DNA of 64,000 nucleotides, from NCBI GenBank assembly GCA_009914755.4, contig CP068257.2, positions 12,832,001 through 12,896,000 of the forward strand. The letters are read 5' to 3'. Made by a program: the position numbers and the translations under genes. Under the pieces are notes generated by a model. That model saw only the letters and a program-made list of their open reading frames with translations. It had not been told where the DNA came from and made no database searches. Position 1 is the stretch's first letter, and every line of letters starts with the position of its first letter. Below, piece by piece: positions 12,401-26,879 of this stretch. Origin of the DNA: the human T2T-CHM13v2.0 reference genome, Homo sapiens.

Positions 12401-14603
12401 GCAGAGGAGATGAATTCACATTAATGCATCCACATTTTCTTTCTAAGTCATTTAGTCCCTTCATGTGGCCATGAAACAGAGTAAAGCTAACTGGCCTACC
12501 CAGAAATTGAAACCATAACCTTCATCAGTTTTGTCCCATGGTTCAATCATCTGGGCTAACCAGGCAAGTAACACATTGGAATAAGAAACAGGTTTGCCTA
12601 CAAAATTATGGACTTCCCATAGGATGTTTCAGTGCATCTTTTTATACTAAAACGTTTCTGATAATACGCTAGGTTTAAAAAAGTATACATAATTCATGTA
12701 TTCTATTATTACAATTATATGAAAACACACATACGCATATAACTTACAAACAAAAGTGTTCAAATTTGTTAATTTTCCCTCTATTTCTCAGGTCATCCAC
12801 ATTGTTTTTAATGAAAGAATTAAAACGGTATAATTTTTCAATAAAGCCCCCAAATGGTTTGTAAATATCTTAAAGGACATACGTATCTAAATTAGAATAC
12901 ACTGAAGAATTATTAAATAATTTGAATAAGGGTCTTTCTTATTGCTGCCAGCTGACAGCAGGCATACTAGGAACTCCAGAAAGCTGTATAATTCTGTACT
13001 CTATATAATAAAAATAGAATAACATTTAAAAATTACTTAGGAAATATTTTATCATGAAGAGCTAATTTGCATATTAAAATAATTTATTTCCTACCAAAAT
13101 TGTTACAGAATTGTATAAAGCCCATGTAAAAACATTTTAAGATAGTTATCAATGTTGAAAGAAAAGGGTGGCATCGTGATGAAAACAGAAGACGTCTAAT
13201 ATAATTATTCACAAAATAATTATATTGGAATTTTGACATTTAATTAATTAAGAAAGGCAATCTCAATTATACTAAAAGTGAAGATAGTTTTAAGGAAATA
13301 AAACTGGATCCTTATTCTGGGAAAAAGTTCTACTCTAAGAAGAGAAATCTGCCCCACCTTTACATATTAAAAAATTAAAGATTCAAAAAAATGAAAACTA
13401 ATTTTTGCTTGACTTTCCCAGATTTCTTTGCCCAAATCATCCAGATTTTGTCTTTACCATCTTGCTTGCCTTAGCTTTCTTTGGGTGAAGTACTGTAAAA
13501 TAATACAACCTTAAAGGCATAGGAAAATTCCTGGCTAAAGGAATCTCTCAATAAATAATTTTTTAATAAACACAATGATATTTAGATGAATTAAAGGACA
13601 TTGGAACTAAAGGAGAGCAAAAAAGGAATTTTGTTAAAATTCATATGAGAATACCTCTCAGCTCCATCAATCATCCTCCTGTTTTTCTCTATCCTGGGGC
13701 CATCTCCAAAGTGGCAAAACCCAGGGATACACATCTTAGGATGACTCAAAACCTCAGTCTCAAGTTTTAACCTCACTGGAGTCACTCAAATGAAAACCCA
13801 GCCACTGTTCAGGTAACTATGGCTATATTTATTTGTCCAGAGGCAGCGTTATCCAGGGAGGAAATTTTAGTGGACAACATGGCATGTCTCTCAGTTATTT
13901 TTTATTTCATCTAAAGCCCATTCTTAAGTTACCTGAACACTTTAATTCTCCTAATAACAGTGAATATTTGGTGTTCATTTCACTTGAATACTAACCCACC
14001 TTTTGGAAACACAACAACAAATTAAGAATAGGATTCCATTCATAGGAAAATAACTGGTGGCTTCTGTTCCCCTGAGGCCATGAGAAGATATGGAGTTGAA
14101 ATGACTTCCCCTCCTCTTGCATATCTCTTTTTGGAGCCTAGCTTCTAACGAGATGTGTACCTGGAAATAAACCTTTTCGCTTTCAGCTAGGGCAATCTCC
14201 ACTTCCACTGTGCTAGGAACTTCAGCAGAGGCAGAGGCATACTCACTCAAGATCACGATAACTCAGCACCTACCTGGGCAATCTCATTAGACTGCTACTC
14301 TCCCCAACCATACACCATATGGAGGGCTTTGGTCCCAGGAAATATTTACCCTCCTCAGTTAAAGTTGTCATATTGTACTGACTATTTTGGTAATGACCAA
14401 ATAACGTTTAAAACTGTCACACATTATTTAATTAGGGGCCTTGGAAAGTCAAGTTCATATTTCTTATAGGTTAATTAAACCCATTTACATGATGAAGGAG
14501 TTAAGAACACATTACCCCAAAATATGCTGCTCTGGCATATTGACTATTTTGAGTTGAAGGCACTTGAAGAGAGCAGGTGCAAGAATATCACTCTGGCTTT
14601 CCC

Positions 14604-14741
14604 TTTTTTTTTTTTTAAGAGAGAGAGAAATAGGGTCTGGCTAGGTTGCCCAGGCTCGTCTTGAACTCTTGGACTCAAGCAATCCTCCTGCCTCAGCCTC
14701 CCAGAGTGGTGGGATTACAGGCATAAGCCACCATGCCTAGT
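14604..14741 (-). mobile_element. Alu monomer (FLAM-like or truncated) in reverse orientation.
   Basis: Poly-T at 14604-14616, then ...gggtctggctaggttgcccaggctcgtcttgaactcttggactcaagcaatcctcctgcctcagcctcccagagtggtgggattacaggcataagccaccatgcc. Confidence 0.8.
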
Positions 14742-16447
14742 CTGACTTTCCTTCTGCTTCTTAAAAGCAGATGACATTTCCATGTGAAAGCTACCTTCCC
14801 TCTACCAGAAGAAAAGTATCATTCTTATCATCAAGGACAGGAAGTTGAGGCAGAGGGAAATCTGTACAAACAAGCCATGTTAAACAAACCCTTATCTATC
14901 TAACCACTTCACCCAATTAGCTAGCCTATTTCAAGCTTCTGTGACTTGTCACATTTTCACAACTTATTATTCTTTGTCTAATTCAGTATACAAGTGTTCA
15001 ACTCTAACTGCATCTTTGGGTCTTCATTTCCCATGAAGCCTCCCTTGTCACATGAATTTTGTGTTAAATAAATTTGTGTGATTTTCTCCTGTTGGTCTGT
15101 CCTATGTCAATTTAATTTTCAGCTGTTTTTAAAAGCCTAAGAGGGTAGAGATAAAATTTTGCCTTCCCTATATAGATATGATAAAAAACTAATCTAATTT
15201 CATTATGTCTAAAACTATTACTTTTGACAAAAATAGGAATACTGTGCATATTAGTGATCTACAATTTGCTTTCACATTTAACATATTTTTAAAAAACTTT
15301 AATATCAGTAAACAGCACGCTATATCATTTTTTTTAACATAACACCTTCAAAACTACTTTATTGTTTGGGTATATCTTAATTTATTTAACAGGTTAATTA
15401 TTGATGGAAGTCCCTATTGTTTTTAGTTTTTACCCAAAACTACTAGATTTTTAGTTAGTATTTTTGTGCATTCGTATCTTGAATTTTGTAGGACAAATAC
15501 TTAGAACTGGAATTTCTGGATACAAAAGTGTGCATATTTTAAACTTTGATTGTGTTTCACGTTATTGCCCTCCAAAAATGTACTTATTTACACTCTTGCA
15601 CACATGCATGGTTAGCATATTCATAAACTAATCTTGACAACATACTCGAATACCGATCTGCTTATTACAAATACTTGTATGTGTGAGGTGGGATTGCAGG
15701 CAACTTTATTTTTATAATAATAGAATACTGACTTACTATTTGGGGATCTTTTGACCTCCTCATTCATCATTTACTCATTTTATGTTAACCATCCACTAAT
15801 GCAAAGCACAGGACTAGGGGCTTTGGGAAAGCATGTGGTAATAGAAGATTCGGTCTTGTTTGGCCAGGGTAATCATTACAAAGCTATGTGTTGTATACAA
15901 TCCCAGTGCAATATAAACACAGGTACAGGAGTGCTCTATATATACGGCCATTAGAGAGGTCCTTATGTGACTAAAGTGAAAAATCTGTGAACACTTTTCA
16001 CTGGAAATTTTCTGGTAGAAAAGTGAGAATCCTTATACTTTATTTTATAGTTTTTTGTATGATATAGAATATGGCATCCATCATAAATGAAAGTTTGGAG
16101 GTAAAATTAAAAAGAAATCTGAAGAAATTAAATTGCATGAGGGCAAACAACTATGACTATAGATATTAAATACATACAAGTAAAATGCCTGCATGCTTTC
16201 TCTACTTTGTGTGGACAGGTAGCATAGCTTTTCTTTAAAGCTGTAGATTTCTTGAATCTAGATGCAAATCATATGGCAAGTGGGTTGGAAACTCCAGGTA
16301 CACATGTCAGGGGCTAGGCCCAGGCTATGCTGGCACACTGTTAGGCCAACTGCTGGACTGCTGCTTGGCATAAATACAAATCTCCCCTGCTGACAGCTCG
16401 TGTTCTAGGCTCCTGGCTGCGGCCCGCCATTTGCCCTGCATCGACTT

Positions 16448-16476
16448 GGGCAGGCAGGCAGGCAGGCAGGAAGGCA
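16448..16476. repeat. (GGCA)n tetranucleotide repeat.
   Basis: The stretch gggcaggcaggcaggcaggcaggaaggca. Confidence 0.85.
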
Positions 16477-16908
16477 CAACTGGGGATGCTTGAGCAATGA
16501 GGGGCTGCTGTGACCACAGCTGGTATCAACATTCTGGCACACAACCCACCCTTTCCCCTTCCTCCTCATTTGGCACTGCAACCAGAGTTTGCAGGTACCT
16601 CAAATGCATTGTATACAGATTCTGTAAAGTTTGCTTATTCTGTTACTTTGTTTTCAATTTTAAATTTAATTATCCCTGTAATCTAGAGCAAACAAGGTAT
16701 TTCCATCACCCATTTTCCCCAAGGACAATAGTACACATTCTCATAGACACAATTTTAAGACACATTGGAGTGCTTCTGAATGTGAAAAATGAGGAACAAG
16801 TGCAGAATAAAGACAAGATGTTTACTATAAACAACAGTAAACCAGCTTATTATTCTAAAGAGGACTTCAGAGTAAGGCAAAGGGGCCTTGAAGATTGTGT
16901 TTATGGAA

Positions 16909-16909
16909 C

Positions 16910-16949
<40 letters not shown>
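16909..16949. repeat. (AC)n dinucleotide microsatellite, about 20 units.
   Basis: An uninterrupted acacac... run. The flanking track ORFs (HTHTHT on the plus strand, VCVCVC on the minus strand) are repeat artefacts. Confidence 0.95.
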
Positions 16950-16952
<3 letters not shown>

Positions 16953-17346
16953 TTTCTGTTCTCTTTTTTATTTGGGAATATTGACTTCCAAAGTAAATGA
17001 AACATTTTTAAATTCAGATAATAAATAGAAAAACCTAAATGTGCACAAAATAAACAGATCCTGCTCTCTTGTCCCTTCAAGAGCTGCATCTCACTCCAAT
17101 TTTTCTTCTCCCTATAACCTTATCTAGATTCCCAGTTGAGGGAACCGATGACCTAATTCCTCTCAGTTTAAATGCAACACAGGAGCAAATTCCAAATATC
17201 TATGCTGGTCTTGCTGGGATTGCAGAACCCCAGGGTGGTTATCCTCCTCCAGAGGTAATCCTGTGATCAGCACTAACGCCACATACCAGCCCTTTCATCA
17301 GCTTGTTGGAGAAGCATCTTTACTTCCCACCAAGCAGTGACCTAGA

Positions 17347-18058
17347 TACCATCTCACACCAGTTAGAATCAGGATCATTAAAAAGTCAAGAAAAAACAGA
17401 TGCTGAAGAGGATGTGGAGAAATAGGAATGCTTTTACACTGTTAGTGGGAATGTAAATTAGTTCAACCATTGTCAAAGACAGTGTGGCGATCCCTCACAG
17501 ATCTAGAACCAGAAATACCATTTGACCCAGCAATCCCATTACTGGGTCTATACCCAAAGGATTATAAATTACTCTACTATAAAGACACATGCACACATAT
17601 GTTTATTGCAGCACCATTCACAATAGCAAAGACTTGCAACCAACCCTAATGCCCATCAATGACAGACTGGATAAAGAAAATCTGGCACATATACACCATG
17701 GAATACTACGCAGCCATAAAAAAGGATGAGTTTATGTCCTTTACAGGGACATGGATGAAGCTGGAAACCATCATTCTCAGCAAACTAACACAGGAACAGA
17801 AAACCAAACACATGTTCTCACTCACAAGTGGGAGTTGAACAATGAGAACACATGGACACAGGGAGGGGAACATCACACACCACTGCTTGTCAGGGGGTGG
17901 GGGGCTAGGGGAAGGATAGCATTAGGAGAAATACCTAATGTAGATGAAGGGTTGATGGGTGCAGCAAACCACCATGGCATGTGTATACCTGTGTAACAAA
18001 CCTCCATGTTCTGCACGTGTATCCCAGAACTTAAAGTACAATACAAAAAAAAAAAAAA
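17347..18058 (+). mobile_element. LINE-1 3'-terminal fragment (ORF2 C-terminus plus 3' UTR plus poly-A), L1PA-like.
   Basis: The stretch ataccatctcacaccagttagaat...gttagtgggaatgtaaattagttcaacc...ctaatgtagatgaagggttgatgggtgcagcaaaccaccatggcatgtgtatacctgtgtaacaaacc...(A)n. Confidence 0.9.
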
Positions 18059-20429
18059 GTGTAATCCAGTTTACATTTTCAAGGTCAAAGTGGGTACAAT
18101 GCTATCTATCTTGGGCTAAGAAGAGAAAAGGAAAAATTCTTGCTTTAAATCTTAGAAGTCTGGTTTTTTTCCCTGTTTTGTACCCCATCCTCTTGGTCTC
18201 TCTAGATATATTTAAGACTCACATAGGACTTGTCTTTTCTACATTATCTCAAAATTTTAGCTCTTATCCTCAAGATATGTGCCCATTTTGCTCAACTTTT
18301 ATATTGCATGATTAGCAAAGCAAATCCTTTTATGTTCTCAATCTAACAATGAAACACCAAACTAGAAATTTATTGCCATTCCTCAAACTGACATCATTCA
18401 ATGATCAAAATAAAATGCATCCATAATATCCTAGAAAATTTACATGTCCCATTCTTAAAAAGAAAGGCAAACTATTTTTAACGTTTAACGTGACATGCAT
18501 TTGTTTTTAAATGTCTCAGTTTTATATAACCATATACTCAAGGTCTTTATCATTCAAGGTACAGGAAGGTTGTGTGTTTAATCTTTAGCATGGTTGTAGG
18601 AGATATGATTCACAGAGTAGAAAATAGATAAAAATAAGCATGCAGCCAGTATGGTGCCAAATCATCAGAACTCGACATCTTATTGACAAATGGAAGTCAT
18701 TCTTCTTTATTTCTTGAGCAAAGCAGTTTCATAAAAGATAAATAGCTTTCAGTCAGAATAGCCTAACCTGCAATATGCATCTTTTTGACATGTATATTCT
18801 AATACTACTCTAGACCATAAGATTAAAATAAGAAAAATCTCAGAGTAGTGTGTTGACAAGAAGCACTGGTTGAATCTGTATTTTTTTTTTCCATTTTTCA
18901 TCTCCCAGAATTTGGCTCTGTGTATGTTTGTACCTTACTGGCTGTCATTAAGTAATCAACTTCTAGTGACCTTCAAGCATCATTTTCTAAAGTTTTATGC
19001 AGGGGAATAATTTCTGGGACATGTCCTTTTTTATATCAAACATCAAAAACCATTTAATGCTTTGGAGACACTATGTTTTGTTTTCAGAGACCAGGATAAG
19101 GCGGAACATGTTTCTGATAGATGTAAGAGACTGAATTATAGATTTGTGAGCTTGAGAAAGCCACTTAGCTACTTGGATTTTCATCTTCTCACCTTGCAAT
19201 GGAAGAATTTTGCATCAGGTGTTTCTTTTCTTTTTTTTTCTTTTTAATTACATCGGCTCTATAAATAATTTTACCATCTATGAATAATTGTTCTTTTGCT
19301 AGCATAGAAAGGAGACAGGTGATGAGTGAAGTGGAATGAAAAAATTAAGGGGACTCAAGCCTTTGGCACTGAAACCATCTTCCCTCTGTGGGCCCCTGAG
19401 GATACTGTTTATTGCTGAAAGTGCTGCTTGCCCAGGTTCCCAGCCCCTTCTCTCCACAAACCCTGTTGACAGGCAGCCATGGAAGCCTCTCGCCTTTTAC
19501 CTTCTGATATAGAAAACTGAATCAAAGCCCTTGAGAAAATTGGTGAAGTAGCAGAAAACTTCAATTTTCAAATATTCATTGCTTTCATATTGGCCAATTT
19601 GCACATGTGGAGGAGTTTTACAGCAGACTCCCTTTGATTAAATCTCCATCTCTGCACTCATCTAGCTGTTCGACTTCTTTGAAATTCATCTCCAAATTTT
19701 TGCCTCATCTGCAAATTGGGCAAAATACCTAGATGTGTGCTATTATGGAAGAAAAGCAATCATTTACAAGTGTTCAAAAAATACTCTTCTCCTCCCTGTA
19801 CTTCATGGTCAAATCATTTTGGAGAGTATTGGCAATGACACTGGACATTGTCCATAATAAAACTCTATAGAATCTACTTCTAAGCCAAACATTGTTTAGT
19901 GAGGAGCCACGTCTTGAAATGACAAGATGTGAATGAAACTGACTCCTTTACCTGAACGAACTTACTATATCTGTTTACACTGATCAATTTTGTCTTGACT
20001 TGAAATATTGATTAGATTGGCTACTTTCTGAAGCTTGAACTTTGTCTGCCTCTGTGACCACATCTCCCTCTCTTTTGCATCTCCCAGCCTCACAACTTCA
20101 AAGAAAGCATATAATAACCTAGGCCTGATGATGAAATCAGTTCTGCTGATGTCAAATTAGTTATGCCTGTGAAAGCTCTTGGAAAAGGATGATAAGAATA
20201 AAGTAAAAACCAGTTTCTTAAAAAGTAAACTACTTTTCACTAGATAAAAAGCCAGTGTATAGGAAACGTGTGCTCTACCTCAGTTTTGTGGGACTTATGA
20301 GAGAGAGTATAGAATAGCCCACAAAAGGACAATCAGGAGGCCTGGTCCCTAAATAACGCTTTCCTCCCTCCTCACTCTCCATCTGGGCTGTTACTTGTAG
20401 TGTTAGAAAGTATAACACAGCAGCACATA

Positions 20430-20600
20430 CATTGGGTTGGAATCCTAACTCTACACTTCACTAAGGGAGTGTTCTTAGACAAGTTACTTGCTGTCTTAAC
20501 TCATCATAAAAATGAGGGCGGTAGTGTCTAACTCAAAGAACTGGGGTAAGTACTCAAGAGAATAATCAGGAAAGACCCTGGCCCAGAGTCTTGCTCAGAG
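20430..20600 (+). mobile_element. MIR SINE fragment.
   Basis: The stretch gggttggaatcctaactct...caagttacttgctgtcttaactcatcataaaaatgagggcggtagtgtctaactcaaagaactggggtaagtactcaa is similar to the MIR consensus (gaatcctggctct...caagttacttaacctctctgagcctcagtttcctcatctgtaaaatgggg...). Confidence 0.45.
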
Positions 20601-20649
20601 CACATATATTTTAAAAATGTAGTTAATAATTACTAGTATTATTTTTACT

Positions 20650-20933
20650 GCTGGGTGCGGTGGCTCACGCTTGTAATCCCAGCACTTTGAGAGGCCAAGG
20701 TGGGCGGATCACTTAAGATCAGGAGTTCGAGACCAGGCTGGCCAATATGGTGAAACCCCATCTCTACTAAAAATACAAAAATTAGCCGGGTGTGGTGGCA
20801 TGCCTATAATCTCAGCTACTCGGAGGCTGAGGCATGAGAATCGCTTCAACCTGGGAGGCGGAGGTCGCGGTGAGCCGAGATCGCACCGCTGCGCTCCACC
20901 CGGGACAGCAGATTTAGACACCATCTCAAAAAC
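20650..20933 (+). mobile_element. Full-length Alu.
   Basis: Begins gctgggtgcggtggctcacgcttgtaatcccagcactttgagaggccaaggtgggcggatcac and ends ...ccatctcaaaaa. It is flanked by an AT-rich near-palindromic sequence (attactagtatta before, taatactagtaat after). Track ORF 20709..20924 is Alu-derived. Confidence 0.9.
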
Positions 20934-21655
20934 TAATAATATTAATACTAGTAATTATTATTAGTAGTAGTATTTTTTGATAGAGAAGGCTGGATTTGAT
21001 TATCTAAGTTCCTTTTTATCTTTAAAGTTAGACTTTCCCCTTTTGGTTGCTCACAAAATACTCCTTGCAGAGTTTGGCAAACCCTAACGTCAGTGTTTGG
21101 GGGCCTGACCGGATTTGGCAGGAAAGGCAGTCTGGATGGATAATTATAAAAAATAAAAGCTATCCTATCTTTACAAGCCTGGTTGCTGTAGACAATATTC
21201 TGTAAATCTCCAAGATTATTTCATCTTCAGTTAATACTTACAAATACAGAGAACCATCTCAGATAATAAAAGTGAGTGCTGAATATTTTTGCAAGCTATT
21301 ATAACATTTTGAAAGAGTACTATAAACATGTACAAGATGTGACTATGTGGTCATAAAATGAGTTTTCCTGTGTGCCATGAAGGCTCATTATCTTAAAGCC
21401 TCGTGTTGTTCTACAGAAGCCATGTGTGACATTTCGCACTAATGGCTTATGCTGTTACTAAATACTTGTCTCTAACTCCCTCAGTCTTTGGGAATGCAGG
21501 CATCCACTTGCATGTAAATTAATAGCTTTGCAGAGTGGAAATGAGGTACCCAGAAAAGTCCTTTCATTTCCTGAGTCCAATAAGGAAATAAGTTCCTTTT
21601 CCTAATTACATATTTGACCAGAGTTATTGTTTTCAAACTTATATGAAAATACTTA

Positions 21656-21958
<303 letters not shown>

Positions 21959-23862
21959 TCAGATTCAAATATTTTATTTTTAGTTCTCTTTAGATTTAAA
22001 GAAAGTATAGAGATGCACATGGGGACCAAAGGTGCCAATAGAACTTTTACTTAACTTCACTTGTATTCGTTTCTGACATATGAACTCCAGGGCTCTTAAA
22101 TGATTATGTTGTATAATTCTCGCCTTTTGGAAGGCCAAATGTAAAGAAGAAATAATTACCTTAAGCTATACAATTCCAAATCATGGATAAATTAAATAGT
22201 TGGATCATGCATCCCATTTGGAAATGTTTCACTTCTCAACTAACTAAATTGACAGAACTAGCATTACTTTAAGTCTATCAATAAAATGCCTCTAGCAGAG
22301 TAGCATGCTACAGCAATATTTCAGAATCTACATCTCTTCTTGTTTTCATGATTGCAAAAGCATCTACTCTCAAAACATTCTTGGGGTAGGTTAAAAAATG
22401 AGTTTGAAACAGATGTAATTCTATACAAAAAAGTGGGTGTAGCATTTTGATTGAAAGGCATTATGTAAACCAAAAGAATTGGAGACTTTCTATTTAATTG
22501 GAAGCTTTTACTAAGCATAGAAGCACTGTAGTTGGGGAAAGAATTGTTTTCTCAGCATGTATATTTTGTCCGTCATTTGAATCAATATGTATTAGTTTAA
22601 AATTCATAGGTTTCCGATTTCAAAGTCTGTATGTTATTTTGAAACCTCTATCCTCTCAAACAAAATAAAAATATTAAGTGAAGTTGAGTGCTTTTTCAAC
22701 TTCTTCAGATTCCTCCTATTTTACTTGCTCTAATTTCAATATCCTTATTTTAATTACTAAAATAGAATAAGAGGAAGTCTAAAAGTTTTAAGTAATCAGG
22801 GAGAACTTATGACCACCCCTTTTTAACAAAAAAAAAAAAAAAGGAAGAAAAGCAAGAAGAATGACAATTCTTTCTTTAAAAAAGTATATTCTTAGCACTG
22901 AATTAGAATAAAGAACACAAAATTTCCTGTTCTGACATATAACCATTTAACTGTGCATTCTTGGGGAAGTCATTTCAGTCTCATAGACCTTGGTTTTCTC
23001 ACAGGTCACACAATGAACAAGATTCAGAGGCAAGATGCTAACCCGTACATTCTCATAGGAATATCCCATTTGAGGTGCACCAAGAGTAATATAGGAAGGC
23101 TTAGATAGTGTGTTTACAGACAGGAACATAACTAGATAATTCAGAAAAAAACAATTAAGAAAAGTGTAATTGGCTATTGTCTTGGTGAATTTTGAAAACT
23201 ATCAAAGTGCTGCTGAGTTAATTTTAGAAATGGATTGCAAAACTGTAAATTCATTGATACTAGGTGTAGTGTATGTACACACTATTTAACAAGGTAGATA
23301 TTTCAAAAGAATTTTGGTAATATAACAAGAAAATCATAATTGGGTTACAGATACAGACAACACAGTTTCCTTAACACAATCATTATGCGGCTTGATGATC
23401 ACCGTTTCCCTCAAATTACTTTTAAAATGATTATATTCAGTTATCTTCTCTCAACTTGATTTTGATCTCTGCTTGGTAGAAAATACAATTCCCTTCTCAT
23501 TTTTCCTTTCACTTTTTTAGACTTACTTTATTCCTTATACTCTCTTTACCATTCTCGTTTAGACATTTTCTTAGGGCTTTTTATTCTCCTAGATATTTTT
23601 CATTTTTCACTGCATTTTCTCAACATCAATCTCTATTGTCACTGCTAAATACTATTAAGGTATAGTCCAAGGGATATTATATCAAGACTTGTCCTTGCAT
23701 AAAAAAGTAATAAAAGAGAAATAAGAGCTCTTCTAGGAAAACAGGTTTTCCTTTGCTTGCAAGACTTGTATTTTTAAGCAATGCAACACAAATACTGATC
23801 CACTCCCTTCGGTGTTTCCATTTACATGCTTCCAAAAGCAAACAGAACACAGATTTGCTCAC

Positions 23863-24069
23863 CTGCAGATGAATCCTCTCTAGGAACTCCTGCAGAGTCT
23901 TGGATTTTTTGCTGTTACTCCTTCGGTTTGCCTTTATTTTCTTGGGGGCTGCTTCCTCTTCTGAGATGACATCCACATAAATGAATTTGAAGTTTCCCAC
24001 TTTATTGTTCAACATTCCTGTCCACATCCCCATTGGTGTTTTGCAAATAATGTCTATGATGTCTCCTTT
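23863..24069 (-). CDS. SAMSN1: Internal coding exon (presumed exon 6), 207 nt, phase 0/0. Encodes KGDIIDIICKTPMGMWTGMLNNKVGNFKFIYVDVISEEEAAPKKIKANRRSNSKKSKTLQEFLERIHLQ. This covers the SH3 C-terminal half, a basic linker and the start of the SAM domain.
   Basis: Acceptor ttgcccttag|AAAGGAGAC. Donor CTGCAG|gtgagc. The track ORF 23677..24033 contains this exon but runs on into intron sequence. The splice sites bound the real exon. Confidence 0.9.
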
Positions 24070-24215
24070 CTAAGGGCAAAGAAATCCATACACATTAGAT
24101 TTCAGAGAACCTCACTGATAGAAAGAATGAAATCATAGAAAACTAGAATAATGAGGACATTATGCTAAAGGGGTTCAGATATAACAGAAACAAATCTAAA
24201 CATTCACTTGCTTCA

Positions 24216-24484
<269 letters not shown>

Positions 24485-26879
24485 TTCAAAGAAGTTACTT
24501 ACTAGTTATAATGAAGAAAACTTCAACATTCTTGACAAAAAGCTCTCACATAGTTTGATGACATGTTTCTGTTTCTGTTATTGTATCAATTTATCAACTT
24601 ATAACTGTAGAGTCTGCAGTATAATTTACAAAACACTTTTGCCTACTCTAAGTTATTTTTGCTCACAACACACTTCTTAGATACATAAAGGAGGTATCAT
24701 CATTATTAATGTAGATATTACAGAAAAAGAAACAGAGATATTAAACGACTTCTCAAAAGCTTGCAGGAAGTTAACGGCAGAACCAGAACTCAAGTTCAAG
24801 TTATCTTAACCAAAAATTGATGCTCTTTTTATTTATACTGTCAAAGTAATATATATGTAACAAAGCTCAAGTTATCATTCCAGGAGGTGCTCCCTAGCTG
24901 GGGAAGGAGATGAAAGAGAAGTCTGTTACTCTATATATTTCTAGTGCATCTGAAAAATTTATCTATGGTATAAAATAAACCCATTTCAAGTATTTCATTC
25001 ATCTAAAATAAAGAAATTTTGCAGAATTCACATAAAAGTATGTGTACACTAAGGATAAATTATGCTACTTAATTCTTTTTAAGGTATTCATGCTCTCCTC
25101 TTATTAAGAAGAGATAACATTTAGATTGAGCTCACAGCAAAGTTTAGATTGAAGTATGAATGAATCATATTAGTATGGACAAACCAATTGGTCTTTTTCT
25201 TTACTCACATCTAAGACCATAATTAACTATAGGCTGCCAGTTATTGGCAAGGGTAGAAAACCTCATGGGGATATTTATTTGTAAAGAAAATTTATTTCTA
25301 TGCAAATAGGATGCCTATGTTCAAGAGTTATAGTTCCTCCTTTGAGACTTAAAACTTTCTGCCCCAGAGAGGACTTTACAGATTCTAATATTTTTGCCCT
25401 TTTTAAGTGTCTATCCTCAAACAAACTAAGCATCAAGCCTGCTACTAAAAATATTTTTTCCTGCTGCTCTGAGAATGTGTGTTCTTCCATCTAAAAAACA
25501 AATTTTACTTGTAATGGTATAATTCACCATGACTGAACTAACTGGTCTATCTTGTGATCATCTGTCTGTCTAGTCCTGTGATCTGTTAGGCTTTCTGCCT
25601 TTAATGAAAGGGAATCAAATCATAGGTTGGATGGTATCAGCTAGGGAGACTGAGAAGCTCTCCTGAAGCTCTGGAAAGTTTCTAGGCATGGAAACCCTTC
25701 ACTGCATCCTTCCTATTATCCTTGAAACTTGTAAATTTGCAACTTTATCCTTTAAAGGTATATACCTGTGCATTCCAGGAAAGCCCACAGGTCATCAAGC
25801 AAAGACTCAATTTCATTTTGGATAAGACCCTTGATGGAAATAATAGTATTTCAATTTTCATGGGTAACTGGGGAATTCCTGTTGTGTCCTGTAAGAGCTC
25901 CACAAAAACTCACCTCAGGCAGCAGCAGCAGTGGTCCCTTGGCACGGTATTGTACGGAAGTTGAAAGACTATCCTGAGTCAAACTGTGTTGTGTTTATTT
26001 CCTTCTACTGCTCTCTCCCACAATGGTTACTAGGTTATGGGTACCCTTTCCCCAAGACTTGAACTTAGACATCAGATCATTCCATATACATAACTAAGGA
26101 GCTTACTGTGGGGAACAGTGCATTTTTAATTCTCCAGTTGAGCTCACTCTGATTTAATAGCATGGAAGGGATCAAGAGAAGGGCTGAAGACCTTAAATGT
26201 TAAATAATAATATAAATACTCCATAATATATCATAATTATTAGTTAACATTGGTTTAGTGTTAACAATATAGAAAATTCATACTTTATGCCCTTTGACTT
26301 TTAGCACTTTGTGATACTAGAAAGGAATAATTTAACATCTATGAATTCTTTTAGCGCAAAACCTTCTTCTCTTTGTGCTATTGTAACTCACCCCTCTCCT
26401 TGAGTGTGAGCAGGACTATGAAAATGATGGATATCACACTCATGATTATGTTACCCTTATATAATAGGAGGGACTTTGCAGATCCATTTAGTGTACTGAA
26501 TTATTTGATTTTGAGTTAACTGAAAGGGAGATTATCTTGATGGGTCTGACAAATCAGGTAGGATCCCTTAAAAAAAAAGATTAAGGCCTGAGTGAGCTTT
26601 TTCCTGTTCATCCTGAAAGAGCCAACTGCCGTATTGTAGAGAGGGCCTTGGCTGGTGGAATCTAGAGGCTTAGAATGGACTCCAGTTGATATCCAGCAAG
26701 AAAATGGGGTCCTTAGTCCTACAACCACAAGGAACTGAATTCTGTCAAAAGCCAGTGAACTCAGAAGAGAACCCTGAGCCTCAGGTGAGATCACAGCTTT
26801 CTTAGAATTCAGTTGAGCCCATAATTATGACCTACAGAAACTGTGAGCCAGCAATACATTTGTGTTGTTTGATGCCTCT

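Noticed and set aside
16497-17089. A 167-aa plus-strand ORF and two minus-strand ORFs spanning the (AC)n repeat.
   Set aside because: They are open only because of the microsatellite (HTHTHT / VCVCVC). There are no splice sites, and the rest is low-complexity.
20621-20980. An inverted AT-rich repeat around the Alu at 20650 (attactagtatta and taatactagtaat).
   Set aside because: It is most simply explained as a near-palindromic AT-rich target site (ACTAGT core) duplicated at Alu insertion. It is not a terminal inverted repeat of a DNA transposon.
23677-24033. A 118-aa minus-strand ORF treated as one coding unit.
   Set aside because: Only 23863-24069 is exonic, bounded by cag|gtgagc and cccttag|. 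The ORF tail (…VFCLLLEACKWKHRREWISICV…) is read-through into the intron. Likewise ORF 21653-21910 over-extends exon 7 past its gtaagt donor.
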